Shown here: one piece after another, positions 36,110 to 45,992 of the stretch
Position numbering within the stretch: the first letter of the stretch is position 1
How the letters are laid out: each line of letters starts with the position of its first letter
From: an uncultured bacterium
Lineage (GTDB): Bacteria > Bacillota_I > Bacilli_A > RF39 > UBA660
Length of the DNA: 64,000 bases
Direction: 5' to 3'
Assembly (NCBI GenBank): GCA_946611605.1
Contig: CAMODU010000001.1
Coordinates: 170-64,169 of the forward strand
The notes under the pieces: generated by a model
Database searches by the model: none
Seen by the model: only the letters and a program-made list of their open reading frames with translations
What the model was told of the DNA's origin: nothing
Made by a program: the position numbers and the translations under genes

Positions 36110-37186
36110 TTATTTTACTAATTTATTTCTACCAGTTTTCTTAGCAACGTATAAATTCTTATCTGCATTTGAAATAGCTTCATCAACAGTTAAATCATCA
36201 TTTAAACGAGCAGCACCAATTGAAATAGTAACTTTAATTCTTCTACCATCTTCTGATTTAAACTTAGTAGATTCAACTTTCTTTCTTATTTTTTCTAGTC
36301 TATTACAGAAAGCAGCATATTCAACTGAAGAAGGAGCAATCATTACAAACTCTTCTCCACCCCATCTACCAGATTTAATTCTCTTAGTAGAAAAATCTAT
36401 AATTATTTCTGCTACTCCTTTTAATACTATATCACCTGTTTGATGACCATATGTATCATTTATCTTTTTAAAATGATCTAAGTCAAATATAGCTACACAG
36501 TAATATCCTTTAGATACTATTGAATTATATATAATACCTTTAGCTAAGTAATTAAATGAATGTCTGTTATACATTTCAGTTAATTCATCAAAATCAGCTT
36601 TTCTTGTTAATTCATGTACTCTAGATTCATTTCTGATTGTATAGAATATAGATAATAAGATAATTGCAATAAATACTATCATATTATTGAAAGTAAATAA
36701 TGTTCTTAATAACCAACCATCTACTTCAGTATAGATAGTCATTGGAATTACATGTATTAATACTGAGAATAATAAATAAGATATTATAACTATAGTTGCA
36801 TATGCTAATGATGCTTTATAGTTAGTTTTAGTTCCTTCTGTTTTAAATGATGGTAAGAAGGTACCAACTAATAGAGCGAATGTCCAGTTTTGATAAGCAG
36901 CATGCCATCCAAATGAACACATACCACATAACATATGAAGCCATATCTCTAAGAAAGTAAATCCAATATATACTTCCTTCTTCTTATAACAACTTAAGAA
37001 CCATACTGAATAGAATAATAATGATACTATATTAATTATTACCATAAACTTATGTCCTACTATTAAATATAATACCATCAAGAATATATGAGTCATCAAT
37101 AAGAACACATTCAAAAAGAATATAGTAATATCTATACGTCCTTGTGAATCTCTTTTATTCTGCCATAACTGTCTAATGTCTTTCAT
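36110..37186 (-). CDS. membrane-bound diguanylate cyclase (GGDEF domain; GGEEF active site, no RxxD I-site)
   Basis: 5-6 N-terminal TM helices. DELTEMYNRHSF, RWGGEEFVM. Confidence 0.85.
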   Translation of the reverse strand: MKDIRQLWQNKRDSQGRIDITIFFLNVFLLMTHIFLMVLYLIVGHKFMVIINIVSLLFYSVWFLSCYKKKEVYIGFTFLEIWLHMLCGMCSFGWHAAYQNWTFALLVGTFLPSFKTEGTKTNYKASLAYATIVIISYLLFSVLIHVIPMTIYTEVDGWLLRTLFTFNNMIVFIAIILLSIFYTIRNESRVHELTRKADFDELTEMYNRHSFNYLAKGIIYNSIVSKGYYCVAIFDLDHFKKINDTYGHQTGDIVLKGVAEIIIDFSTKRIKSGRWGGEEFVMIAPSSVEYAAFCNRLEKIRKKVESTKFKSEDGRRIKVTISIGAARLNDDLTVDEAISNADKNLYVAKKTGRNKLVK

Positions 37187-37244
37187 AAGATTTATTCCCC
37201 TCTTGTTCTTTTAATATTAACACTTAGAAGATATAAATACAATA

Positions 37245-38039
37245 CTATTTATATATCTTATTATTTATATTTATAATACTATTATAATCTATATCTCTTA
37301 ATACTGAAATACTATTATTGATAGTTATTTCAACACTTATTAAATCTTTAATAGGAATCATTTTTCCATCTACTATTATAGATATAGAATTATCCTTATT
37401 AATAGGTTTAATAATAATTCTATTCTTATCACTTGTTATATATGAATTAGAAATATTCTTATTAATATTATTATTAATAGGTGCTATTGGAGTTAATTCA
37501 ACAACATTAGAATCATTATCTAAAATTGTTCCTCCTAAACTCATATTATATGCAGTACTACCAGTTGGAGTACAAACATTTATACCATCACCTGATAATT
37601 TATATAACATATTATTATTAATAAATACTGATAAGTATAATGTTTTTAATAAAGTATTTCTAATACTTATTTCATTTATAGCTTTATATGTTGTTTCATT
37701 ATATTCATCATTAGTATTAATTCTAATATCTAAAAATTTTAACTTTTCAACTATAAAACTATTAGTATTTAAATCTTGTATAAATGATGATAAATCATCT
37801 TTATTTGTAGTAGTTAAATATCCAAGGTTACCAGTGTTGATAGCTGCATACCTTTTAGTAGTATCAAAGTCACATTCATGTAACATTGATATAAATTTTC
37901 CATCTCCACCTACAGATATAGCTAATTCATAATCATCTTTATTAGATAATTCATATCCATTAGATACTAGTTTTTCTTCTAATTCATTTCTAGTAGTTTC
38001 AGATATTTCATTATTTTTAGAGAATAATCTAATCTTCAT
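37245..38039 (-). CDS. nadK: NAD(+) kinase
   Basis: GGDGKF (GGDGT-like) and NTGNLGYL (NxGxLGFL) motifs. Start trimmed to ATG 38039 (GGGAGAG RBS). Confidence 0.7.
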   Translation of the reverse strand: MKIRLFSKNNEISETTRNELEEKLVSNGYELSNKDDYELAISVGGDGKFISMLHECDFDTTKRYAAINTGNLGYLTTTNKDDLSSFIQDLNTNSFIVEKLKFLDIRINTNDEYNETTYKAINEISIRNTLLKTLYLSVFINNNMLYKLSGDGINVCTPTGSTAYNMSLGGTILDNDSNVVELTPIAPINNNINKNISNSYITSDKNRIIIKPINKDNSISIIVDGKMIPIKDLISVEITINNSISVLRDIDYNSIININNKIYK

Positions 38040-38916
38040 ATTTTGTACTCTCCCATCTTGCAAATATACCACATGGTAATATGATATCTGAATCTTTAAC
38101 AGGTAATCCTATTTCATCAGATGTAATATAACCTTGATATTTATTTTCAACAGTTAACTTTAATATATTAACTAATACAGTTTGAGATAATCCTGTTGTA
38201 TAAGAATTAATTAAGAACATGATTGGATCATCAGATAATAATTCAGAACACTTCTTAACTAAATCATATAAATCATTTTCAATATTCCAAACTTCTTTAT
38301 TCGCTCCTCTTCCAAATGAAGGAGGATCCATTAGTATAATATCGTATTTATGTCCTCTTCTTATTTCTCTTTCTACAAACTTAACTACATCATCAACTAA
38401 GAAATGACATTCTTCATTTTCTAATCCTGATGATTTAACATTTTCTTTTGCCCAGTCAACCATACCACGTGATGAATCAACGTGAGTAACAATAGCATGT
38501 TCAGATAAAGCTGCAACAGTAGCTCCACCTGTATATGCAAATAAATTTAATACTTTAACTTCTCTATTAGCTTCTTTAATTTTCTTTCTTATAATATTCC
38601 AATTATAAGATTGTTCAGGAAATAATCCTGTATGTTTAAATCCCATTAATTTTAAGTTAAATGTTAAATCTTTATAATGGATTTGCCAACTATCTTTTAT
38701 TCTATTATTATTCTTAGTCCAGGCTCCTCCACCTTTATTAGATCTAGTGTAGAAAGCATCAGGTTCCCATTTACTATTCAGTAACTTATCATTCCAAATA
38801 ACTTCAGGATCTGGTCTAACTAATCTTATATTATTCCAGTTTTCATACTTGTTACCATCTGATAAATCTAATATTTGATATTCATCAAAATCCTTGATTA
38901 CTTTCATTATAATCAC
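38029..38916 (-). CDS. class I SAM-dependent RNA methyltransferase (RlmI/YccW-like core without PUA)
   Basis: FAYTGGATVAAL SAM-binding motif I, DPPSF motif IV. 295 aa. Confidence 0.6.
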   Translation of the reverse strand: MIIMKVIKDFDEYQILDLSDGNKYENWNNIRLVRPDPEVIWNDKLLNSKWEPDAFYTRSNKGGGAWTKNNNRIKDSWQIHYKDLTFNLKLMGFKHTGLFPEQSYNWNIIRKKIKEANREVKVLNLFAYTGGATVAALSEHAIVTHVDSSRGMVDWAKENVKSSGLENEECHFLVDDVVKFVEREIRRGHKYDIILMDPPSFGRGANKEVWNIENDLYDLVKKCSELLSDDPIMFLINSYTTGLSQTVLVNILKLTVENKYQGYITSDEIGLPVKDSDIILPCGIFARWESTKYED

Positions 38917-38994
38917 CTACTATAATTATATCAAAAATAGATATTAATTTATATATATTTGTATTATAATATTTGTAAGAAAGGAAGAGATTAT

Positions 38995-39780
38995 ATGGAA
39001 TATATTTTAGGGCCAGCTCTATTTATAGTTGGTATGATTATCTTATCATCTATAAGACAAGTAAACGAATATGAAAGAGGAGTATTATTTCAATTAGGTA
39101 AGTTTAAAAGAATACTTAATCCAGGATGGAATATAGTATTACCTATTATTCAATCATTCAATAAAGTTGATATAAGAACTAAAGCAGTAGACGTACCTGA
39201 ACAAGATGCTATTACTAAAGATAACGTATCAATTAGAATTAATGCAGTTATCTACTATAAAGTATTTGATGCATCTAAGGCATTAATTGCTGTTCAAAAT
39301 TATCAATATGCTGTTGGTCAATTAGCTCAAACAACTATGCGTAATGCAGTTGGTGCTATCTCATTAGATGAATTATTATCTGAAAGAGATAAGATATCTT
39401 CTGAAATATGTAAGATAATTGATGAAGCAACTGACCCATGGGGAATCAAAGTTGAAAATGTTGAATTAAAAGATATTAAGTTACCTGAAGAAATGCAAAG
39501 AGTTATTGCTAAAGTTGCTGAAGCAGAAAGAGAAAAGATGGCAGTTATTACTAAATCTAAAGGTGAAGTTGAATCTGCAGCTAACTTAGCTCAAGCAGCT
39601 GAAACTATGGCATCAACTCCTGGTGCATTACATTTAAGAACTTTAGCTACATTAAATGATTTATCATCTGATCAATCTAATACAATTATATTTGCTATTC
39701 CAATTGAAGTATTAAATGCATTTGGACAACAAAATATGCAAAAAGCTGCTGAAAAAATTAAAGACATAACAAAAAAATAG
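38995..39780 (+). CDS. SPFH/Band 7 (stomatin-like) membrane protein
   Basis: N-terminal TM then a typical SPFH core (VDIRTKAVDVPEQDAITKDNVSIRINAVIYYKV...). The ORF track starts at a TTG at 38959; ATG 38995 has an AAGGAAGAG RBS. Confidence 0.8.
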   Translation: MEYILGPALFIVGMIILSSIRQVNEYERGVLFQLGKFKRILNPGWNIVLPIIQSFNKVDIRTKAVDVPEQDAITKDNVSIRINAVIYYKVFDASKALIAVQNYQYAVGQLAQTTMRNAVGAISLDELLSERDKISSEICKIIDEATDPWGIKVENVELKDIKLPEEMQRVIAKVAEAEREKMAVITKSKGEVESAANLAQAAETMASTPGALHLRTLATLNDLSSDQSNTIIFAIPIEVLNAFGQQNMQKAAEKIKDITKK

Positions 39781-39786
39781 AGCTTA

Positions 39787-40602
39787 TTAAAGCTCTTTTT
39801 TCTTTCCTAATCCTCTTTCTTCTTGACTAAGAATTCTATCATATACATTTAAGAAATCTTGTTTAAAAGTATTAAATACTAATTTATCATCTTCATTCAT
39901 ACTATTAAGAATATACTTAACTTTAACTATTAAATTAGAATGTGTTTTATGATCTAATTCAAATAATAAAGTAAGTGGATTACTACCTTGACAATATAAA
40001 TATGTAATAACATCTAATAAACCACTTTCATCTGTATCTAATAAATAATAAAATCCTTTATGTTCAGATGCATTAGGTATATTATTATGTGTCCACCAAT
40101 AATTAATTATTTCTCTTACTGTATGAGTTCTTGGTGTTCTATTATATATTTCAGTATTAATATCTACATATAATTTCTTAATAATATATTTATCTAATCC
40201 TTCATAATAATTTTCATCAATATATTCAAATTCTTCAGGCAATAAATATTTTAATTCATTTTTACTCATTTCCATATATTCTATATATTGTTGACCAATA
40301 TTATATACAAATATACCAGCAGCAATTCCTACTGCTATAAAATATTCAAATAATTCTAAAGATTTCTTATCATATATATTAATCCATACTTTATGATCAA
40401 CAGCATATCTTAATGTATCATATAAAGCAGAATCACCACATATAAATACATTACTTAAATAACCATCAATAATCTTATCCTTATCTTCATTAACTTTATC
40501 TATATCTACACCTACATATTTAGTTAATGCTTCTACTTTATAAGGGCTATTATTATCTATATATTTATAAATAAGTCTTTTAATTACATCTTGTCTTTCC
40601 AT
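39787..40602 (-). CDS. hypothetical protein (271 aa)
   Basis: No motif recognised. Confidence 0.45.
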   Translation of the reverse strand: MERQDVIKRLIYKYIDNNSPYKVEALTKYVGVDIDKVNEDKDKIIDGYLSNVFICGDSALYDTLRYAVDHKVWINIYDKKSLELFEYFIAVGIAAGIFVYNIGQQYIEYMEMSKNELKYLLPEEFEYIDENYYEGLDKYIIKKLYVDINTEIYNRTPRTHTVREIINYWWTHNNIPNASEHKGFYYLLDTDESGLLDVITYLYCQGSNPLTLLFELDHKTHSNLIVKVKYILNSMNEDDKLVFNTFKQDFLNVYDRILSQEERGLGKKKEL

Positions 40603-40628
40603 TAAAATCCCCTCTTTAATGGAAAATA

Positions 40629-41393
40629 TTATAAACCTTTTTTACTTGTTTTTGCAACTTGATACTTAGAAATAAACTTCATAGCTAACTTTTTAGGTAT
40701 AAATTTATATAAGAATAATCCAAGTTTAATTCTTAATCCTGGAATAATAGTCATCTTACCTTTTAGCATTCCATCTACTGCTATCTTAGCTACCCTATCA
40801 GCTTTCATTCCTTTTCCTACAAATGTTCCACCTGCTACTTTATTAAATTCAGTATCAACAGGTCCAGGGCATAAAGACGATATCTTAACATGAGATTTCA
40901 TTTCTTTTAATTCTTGATAGATAGCTTCATCTAATCTACATACATAATTCTTAGTTGCGTAGTAAGTAGATAAATGAGGTCCTGACATAAATCCTGCAGA
41001 TGATGCAACATTTAATATATATCCTTTATCTTTCTTTATAAAATCATATAAGAATAATTTAGTCATATAATGAACTGCTTTAATATTAACATCTATCATT
41101 TCAAATTCTCTAGTTATATCAGTTTCATTGAAATTACCAAATAAACCAAATCCAGCATTATTAACTACAATATCTATATCTTCATTTCTAACTTCTTTAT
41201 ATAAATATTCTATATTCTTCATATCAGATATATCTAATTGATAGCATTTAACATTAACAGGTAATACACTCTTTAATTCTTTTAATACTAATCCTCTTCT
41301 TGCAACTAATATTAAATCTATTCCTCTTGATGCTAATTCATATGCTATAGCTTTACCTATACCTGAAGATGCTCCAGTTATTAATGCTTTCAT
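40629..41393 (-). CDS. SDR family oxidoreductase
   Basis: ITGASSGIGKAIAYELA, NAG, YxxxK. 254 aa. Confidence 0.8.
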   Translation of the reverse strand: MKALITGASSGIGKAIAYELASRGIDLILVARRGLVLKELKSVLPVNVKCYQLDISDMKNIEYLYKEVRNEDIDIVVNNAGFGLFGNFNETDITREFEMIDVNIKAVHYMTKLFLYDFIKKDKGYILNVASSAGFMSGPHLSTYYATKNYVCRLDEAIYQELKEMKSHVKISSLCPGPVDTEFNKVAGGTFVGKGMKADRVAKIAVDGMLKGKMTIIPGLRIKLGLFLYKFIPKKLAMKFISKYQVAKTSKKGL

Positions 41394-41911
41394 TTATTAC
41401 CTCCAAATATAGATAATACTTTACTTAAAGATAAGATAATATTATCAGCATTCTTAATTGCTATTTGTTTAAAGATAGCTTTACCACCTACAGTAAAAGC
41501 AGATATAAATGCTGCTAATACTATACTTACTATAGTATTATTTATATTTAATGTATTAGATAAACTAATAGCTAGTATTGCACCTATAGAACCAGATATA
41601 ATACCACATATATCTCCTACTATATCATTACAAATAGATGATATCTTATTATTATTCTTAACTATATATATACCTTGTTTAGCACCTTTAATTTTCTTAC
41701 TATTTAAAGCATGAAATGTTGCTTCATTTGCCGATATAGCAGCAGTACCAATTACATCAAATAAAATACCAAATGATATAGTTAATACTAATATAATAAA
41801 GAATAATATATTATTACCTGTTAATACTATTAAATTAGATACAGTACTAAATATTATAGATAATATAAATGTTAATAAAAATACAATTAATATCCAATGA
41901 TCTTTTTTCAT
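41390..41911 (-). CDS. small polytopic membrane protein (4-5 TM), unknown function
   Basis: Hydrophobicity pattern only. Confidence 0.45.
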   Translation of the reverse strand: MKKDHWILIVFLLTFILSIIFSTVSNLIVLTGNNILFFIILVLTISFGILFDVIGTAAISANEATFHALNSKKIKGAKQGIYIVKNNNKISSICNDIVGDICGIISGSIGAILAISLSNTLNINNTIVSIVLAAFISAFTVGGKAIFKQIAIKNADNIILSLSKVLSIFGGNK

Positions 41912-41940
41912 TTAAACCACCATGAAATAATTATACCAAA

Positions 41941-41962
41941 TAAAAAGATAGTATTAAACTAT
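41941..41962 (-). terminator. rho-independent terminator (copy 1 of duplicated cassette terminator)
   Basis: AAGATAGT-attaa-ACTATCTT followed by TTTTATTTGG on minus. A near-identical copy lies at 43714-43736. Confidence 0.5.
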
Positions 41963-41963
41963 C

Positions 41964-43691
41964 TTAATATCTATTATAGTATGTTTTCTTACTATATACT
42001 TTATATATCTTAAATGATATTAGTAATAATACTATTATAGTAAATGTATTTTTAAATACTCCTGTCTTAGGATTTTCTTTTATTTCTTCTACACCTTTTA
42101 CTTTTTCTTCAGTATAAATAATATTAAATGTTGAAGGAGTAGGATTATTTCTTGGTCTTATTGCTAATGTTGTATCTATATCTATATAGTTTCTTCCAAT
42201 TTCATTTCCTTCATCATCTTTAATTGGAACATATCCCATCTTCATATATGTTACAAAATCACTTGATATTAATGTGATATTAGAATTAGGAAAATACCAA
42301 TATGAATCAGATTGATCTAATATACTTTCAAAATCTCGCTTATCATGTTGAACACCTTCATATTCATAAGTTTCTAATAAAGGATATTCATTTCTATTGC
42401 CTATCTTAACAACACTTAATGAATCAGCTTCATAGAACACTCCCCATGACATTTTACCTCTATAAGGCAAATTAACATATTTAGCATCTTGATTAAATAA
42501 CAACATATAATCCAATATTTTACGATTCATTAAAGAACCAAAATTAACACCAGTAAAATCTAATGACTCAGTTCCACCATAATAAGTAAAATATTCAGTA
42601 TCAGCATAGCTATAAGTTGCTCCATTCATAGCTGAACTAAAATCAAGATTACTAATATTAACATGTTTCAATGAAGGAGTACCAGTTAAAAAGTAATGCC
42701 AACTTTCAACTTTGGATGTATCGAAGTTATCAATATATAATTCTTCTAATGAATAACAATATGCAAACATATAATACATTGACTTCGCATTTGAAGTATC
42801 CCATGTTGATAAATCTATTGTTTTTAGTGAATAATCGTTATAGAACATATAGTCAAATTTTACTAAATCAGATGTATCTACTTTATCTAAACCTTCTATT
42901 TCTTCAAGATTTGGCATATAGTCAAACATATCATAAGAACGATCTCCTTGTATTTTAATTGGATCTTTGATTATGATTTTCTTAACAACATTCTTATAAT
43001 CATAAGGAAGATAATTAGTACTCCACCAGTCACTATCATCTTCTTTAGCAGGTTCTGCATGATTAATGTAATACTTTCCATCTACTTCTTGATTATATGA
43101 ATACTTACCTGGTTCATCTCTAAAATAGGTTGCAACTTTTGTTTCAGGATCAAAAACGATGTATGCTTCTCCCCATAACTCTTCTTCAGTTGCATGATAT
43201 ATTTTAGCATCTTTTTTTGTAGGACCATGTATATTTAAACTCTCTGGATTTTTTAAATAATTAACAACTATAGGTTTTGCATCAGTTGAATACTTACCAG
43301 CTCCAACTCCAACATATACTATTTCATTATCTAATTGGTAATGATTATCTTTATTATTAACTATATTAATTGTATAAAAGATATTCTCTGATTCATGAGA
43401 ATTGTATCCACATGAAGTTTGATTTCTAGGACAAGACTTAGATCTATCCATATCACGAATATCAAACATATTCTTTAGTGTCTTAAATACTACTTTACCA
43501 TCTTTATCATTTGTAGCAGTATCTATTACTTCACCTTTATCATTTCTTAATTCAAAAGTAAATTCTCCTGCTTCTATATCTTTACCTTGAAGATTAACAT
43601 ATGTTTCTATTGTATATGGATATTCAACAGGTGCTGCAAATACTCCAAATGGTATCAATAATAAGATTAATAATAATAAATATTTCTTCAT
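41964..43691 (-). CDS. cell-wall-anchored surface protein with BspA-type leucine-rich repeats and NPKTG sorting signal
   Basis: Signal peptide. Repeats of the F..C.SL..I.L. type (e.g. MFAYCYSLEELYIDNFDTSKVES). C-terminal NPKTG + hydrophobic + KIYKVYSKK tail. Confidence 0.65.
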   Translation of the reverse strand: MKKYLLLLILLLIPFGVFAAPVEYPYTIETYVNLQGKDIEAGEFTFELRNDKGEVIDTATNDKDGKVVFKTLKNMFDIRDMDRSKSCPRNQTSCGYNSHESENIFYTINIVNNKDNHYQLDNEIVYVGVGAGKYSTDAKPIVVNYLKNPESLNIHGPTKKDAKIYHATEEELWGEAYIVFDPETKVATYFRDEPGKYSYNQEVDGKYYINHAEPAKEDDSDWWSTNYLPYDYKNVVKKIIIKDPIKIQGDRSYDMFDYMPNLEEIEGLDKVDTSDLVKFDYMFYNDYSLKTIDLSTWDTSNAKSMYYMFAYCYSLEELYIDNFDTSKVESWHYFLTGTPSLKHVNISNLDFSSAMNGATYSYADTEYFTYYGGTESLDFTGVNFGSLMNRKILDYMLLFNQDAKYVNLPYRGKMSWGVFYEADSLSVVKIGNRNEYPLLETYEYEGVQHDKRDFESILDQSDSYWYFPNSNITLISSDFVTYMKMGYVPIKDDEGNEIGRNYIDIDTTLAIRPRNNPTPSTFNIIYTEEKVKGVEEIKENPKTGVFKNTFTIIVLLLISFKIYKVYSKKTYYNRY

Positions 43692-43745
43692 ATCATCACC
43701 TACTATAATAATTATAACAAAGAAAAAGATAGTTTATTAACTATC

Positions 43746-45386
43746 TTAATTATATTTATATAATGTTTTACATTTATATTTATGATGAATATATAAACTT
43801 ATCATTAATAAAGCTACTATTAATGAAGTATAAGTAAACACTCCTGTTTTAGGATTAGTTACTTCTTCTTCACCTTTAACTTTACCAAATATATATACAA
43901 ATTCTAAATCATCTTTTATATAATTTTCTGTAGATGGAACTACTTTCCAATAACCTTCTCCATCTCCTAACATACCTGTTGGTATTTCATCAGTTGTTAA
44001 TTTAGTCCAGATATCTTTAGTTATTACTATATCATCAGTAGTACCATCAGCCCAAGTTCCACCTTGTATTTTAAATGTAATAGTTTTCTTAGATGATAAT
44101 GTTACTGAAGAAGATAATTCATCATTTGAATAGAATAATTCATAAATATCTACAGGATCCCACTCATCATCTATATGAATAAGCTTTTGATTTAATTCAG
44201 TATTATTAATGTCAGTCAATTTTAAGCCATCATCTATTTTAATACTATAATATGCAAATGGTAATTCATCTTGATCATTTACTATTTTAAAATATGAATT
44301 ATTAATATTAGCTGAACCATATACAATAATTGATCCTATAAGATTAAAATAACTATCTTTTATATTTAACTCAGCATCATCAGAATAAAATGTCCATGCT
44401 CCTTTTTGATTCCAATAAGTATTATTAATATTTAATTTTTGAGCTGATATATTCCATGAAGCCATATCTTTTATATTTACTATGCAATTATTAAAGTTTA
44501 GATAGTTTGTTAATCCACCTGTTCTTAATGAATTTATATTTAATGTACTATTATCTATATATGCTCCTTTATATAAATTTAATTCGCCTACATCCAAAGT
44601 GGAATTCTTTACTTCTAAATCTCCTGCTACATCAGTATTACCATCAGATTGTAATAAGGCAACACGTATTGTTGAATTCTCAACTATTATTGTTTTTCTT
44701 TCAACAGTTGATGTCCACAAACGGGAATCCTCATCATCAGATTCTATTATTGAATCCACAAACTTAAAATAACCTTGATTAGCATTAGTATAATAAGATT
44801 TAAAACCATGTATATGTGAATTATTAACAATTATATATGGAGAATAATCTATCTTCATAGATTGTGGTTGTATATCAGAATTATTTATAACTACTGGCCC
44901 ATTACCAACAATATAACCTCCAGCTAATTTACAATTATTAATTTCAATACCATCTTTATGTACTTCAATTCTATCATAATTATCTGCTTCAACATTAGTA
45001 AGCTTTGCTGAGTTTAGACGTGATATATTAAAACGGTATGAATTATCAAGAGTTACTATTTTAGTATCATAAATGTTAACATCAGATTTATCCCAATCAT
45101 CATATACATAATCAATTCTTCCTAAACCAACAGGTTTATTATTAGATGTAATAGATATTTGTTTATGTAATAGTATTTCATTTATAATTGTATTTTCATT
45201 TATAGTTAATATATTATTGCTATAAGTGAAATCTTCTGAATAATCATCTACTACAGGTCCATTATAACCATCTTTAACAATTAATGAATCATCAGAGTTT
45301 AATTCTATAAAATAATTACGTGCATATACATTAGATGCAACAAACATAGTTAATAACAATACAATTATCATACATGCTTTTTTCAT
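43746..45386 (-). CDS. cell-wall-anchored surface protein with parallel beta-helix-like Asn-rich repeats and NPKTG sorting signal
   Basis: Signal peptide. Recurrent INN(S/T)/NxS rungs. C-terminal NPKTG + hydrophobic + HHKYKCK tail. Its 5'UTR/RBS is nearly identical to that of the LRR paralog. Confidence 0.6.
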   Translation of the reverse strand: MKKACMIIVLLLTMFVASNVYARNYFIELNSDDSLIVKDGYNGPVVDDYSEDFTYSNNILTINENTIINEILLHKQISITSNNKPVGLGRIDYVYDDWDKSDVNIYDTKIVTLDNSYRFNISRLNSAKLTNVEADNYDRIEVHKDGIEINNCKLAGGYIVGNGPVVINNSDIQPQSMKIDYSPYIIVNNSHIHGFKSYYTNANQGYFKFVDSIIESDDEDSRLWTSTVERKTIIVENSTIRVALLQSDGNTDVAGDLEVKNSTLDVGELNLYKGAYIDNSTLNINSLRTGGLTNYLNFNNCIVNIKDMASWNISAQKLNINNTYWNQKGAWTFYSDDAELNIKDSYFNLIGSIIVYGSANINNSYFKIVNDQDELPFAYYSIKIDDGLKLTDINNTELNQKLIHIDDEWDPVDIYELFYSNDELSSSVTLSSKKTITFKIQGGTWADGTTDDIVITKDIWTKLTTDEIPTGMLGDGEGYWKVVPSTENYIKDDLEFVYIFGKVKGEEEVTNPKTGVFTYTSLIVALLMISLYIHHKYKCKTLYKYN

Positions 45387-45454
45387 ATCATCACCTACTA
45401 TAATGATAACAATTATACAAGTTTATATAAATGTGATTAATAAAATTTGACACA

Positions 45455-45960
45455 AAAAAACATTATCGATTTCCCCCGATAATGTAGTTTTCTATGTGGT
45501 ATATCATAAATCAATTTTACGGCTTAGGTCGAGATGTATTTCACTATATCCCACTTAATATTACTATTAAGCACTTTCGTATTATGAGATATAACTAGAT
45601 ATCTAGTTCCTCGATTGCCACTTAGTCCGCACCTTAATACCTATGACATATACACGCTAGAGGTTTTCCCTAACAATAGTGACTATCCTTATATGCTTTT
45701 GCATTTATTGTTTCATCATATGAATCCCCAACAAACACTCACATCATGTATGTTATTATATTATTTTAGTGACGGGGTTAAAGGAATTTCTAATCAGTTA
45801 CATGCCATTGTAATTATCCTAAAACCTTAAATCATTTAACCACCCAGCCCTGGCAGACCAAGCAATTAAGTGAAGTGTCATGTCTACAATTGGTAGATTT
45901 TTAGCCCTACCTTCAAATAGTATAATGACTAGCATAATGCACCACACATATGTAAATTAT
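45455..45960 (-). ncRNA. candidate large structured non-coding RNA (unclassified); ORF-free ~500-nt transcription unit between two terminators
   Basis: No ORF longer than 71 aa in six frames. GC visibly higher than flanks. Bounded on the minus strand by terminator 45968-45992 (upstream) and hairpin+T7 45461-45484 (downstream). Several internal stems. No tmRNA, RNase P or SRP signatures seen. Confidence 0.3.
45461..45484 (-). terminator. rho-independent terminator
   Basis: CATTATCG-atttcccc-CGATAATG perfect 8-bp stem followed on minus by TTTTTTTGTG. Confidence 0.55.
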
Positions 45961-45967
45961 ATCAAAA

Positions 45968-45992
45968 AAAGTGATTTTTTGCAAATCACTTT
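45968..45992 (-). terminator. rho-independent terminator for gene 45991-46395
   Basis: AAAGTGATTT-tttgc-AAATCACTTT followed on minus by TTTTTTTGAT. Overlaps the stop codon. Confidence 0.55.

Noticed and set aside
37318-37932. 204-aa plus-strand ORF, plus many other 60-120-aa ORFs in the track (910-1113, 1423-1638, 2314-2637, 7574-7756, 9239-9484, 10483-10821, 16494-16676, 17038-17292, 22392-22748, 23310-23570, 28164-28358, 38219-38407, 42671-42958, 44507-44767, 45615-45830, 45971-46159, 48425-48631, 52049-52234, 56257-56481)
   Set aside because: All lie antisense to or overlap well-supported genes. They have low-complexity Ile/Leu/Ser/Asn-rich translations typical of AT-rich antisense frames and lack RBSs, so they are spurious.
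45455-45960. Tried to assign the ORF-free region to tmRNA, RNase P RNA, SRP RNA or 6S RNA
   Set aside because: Neither strand has a GGGG...UCCACCA tRNA-like end with a tag-peptide frame, an AGGAAAGUCC P4 motif or a GGUCCGGAAGGAAGCAGC SRP motif. It is left as an unclassified candidate.
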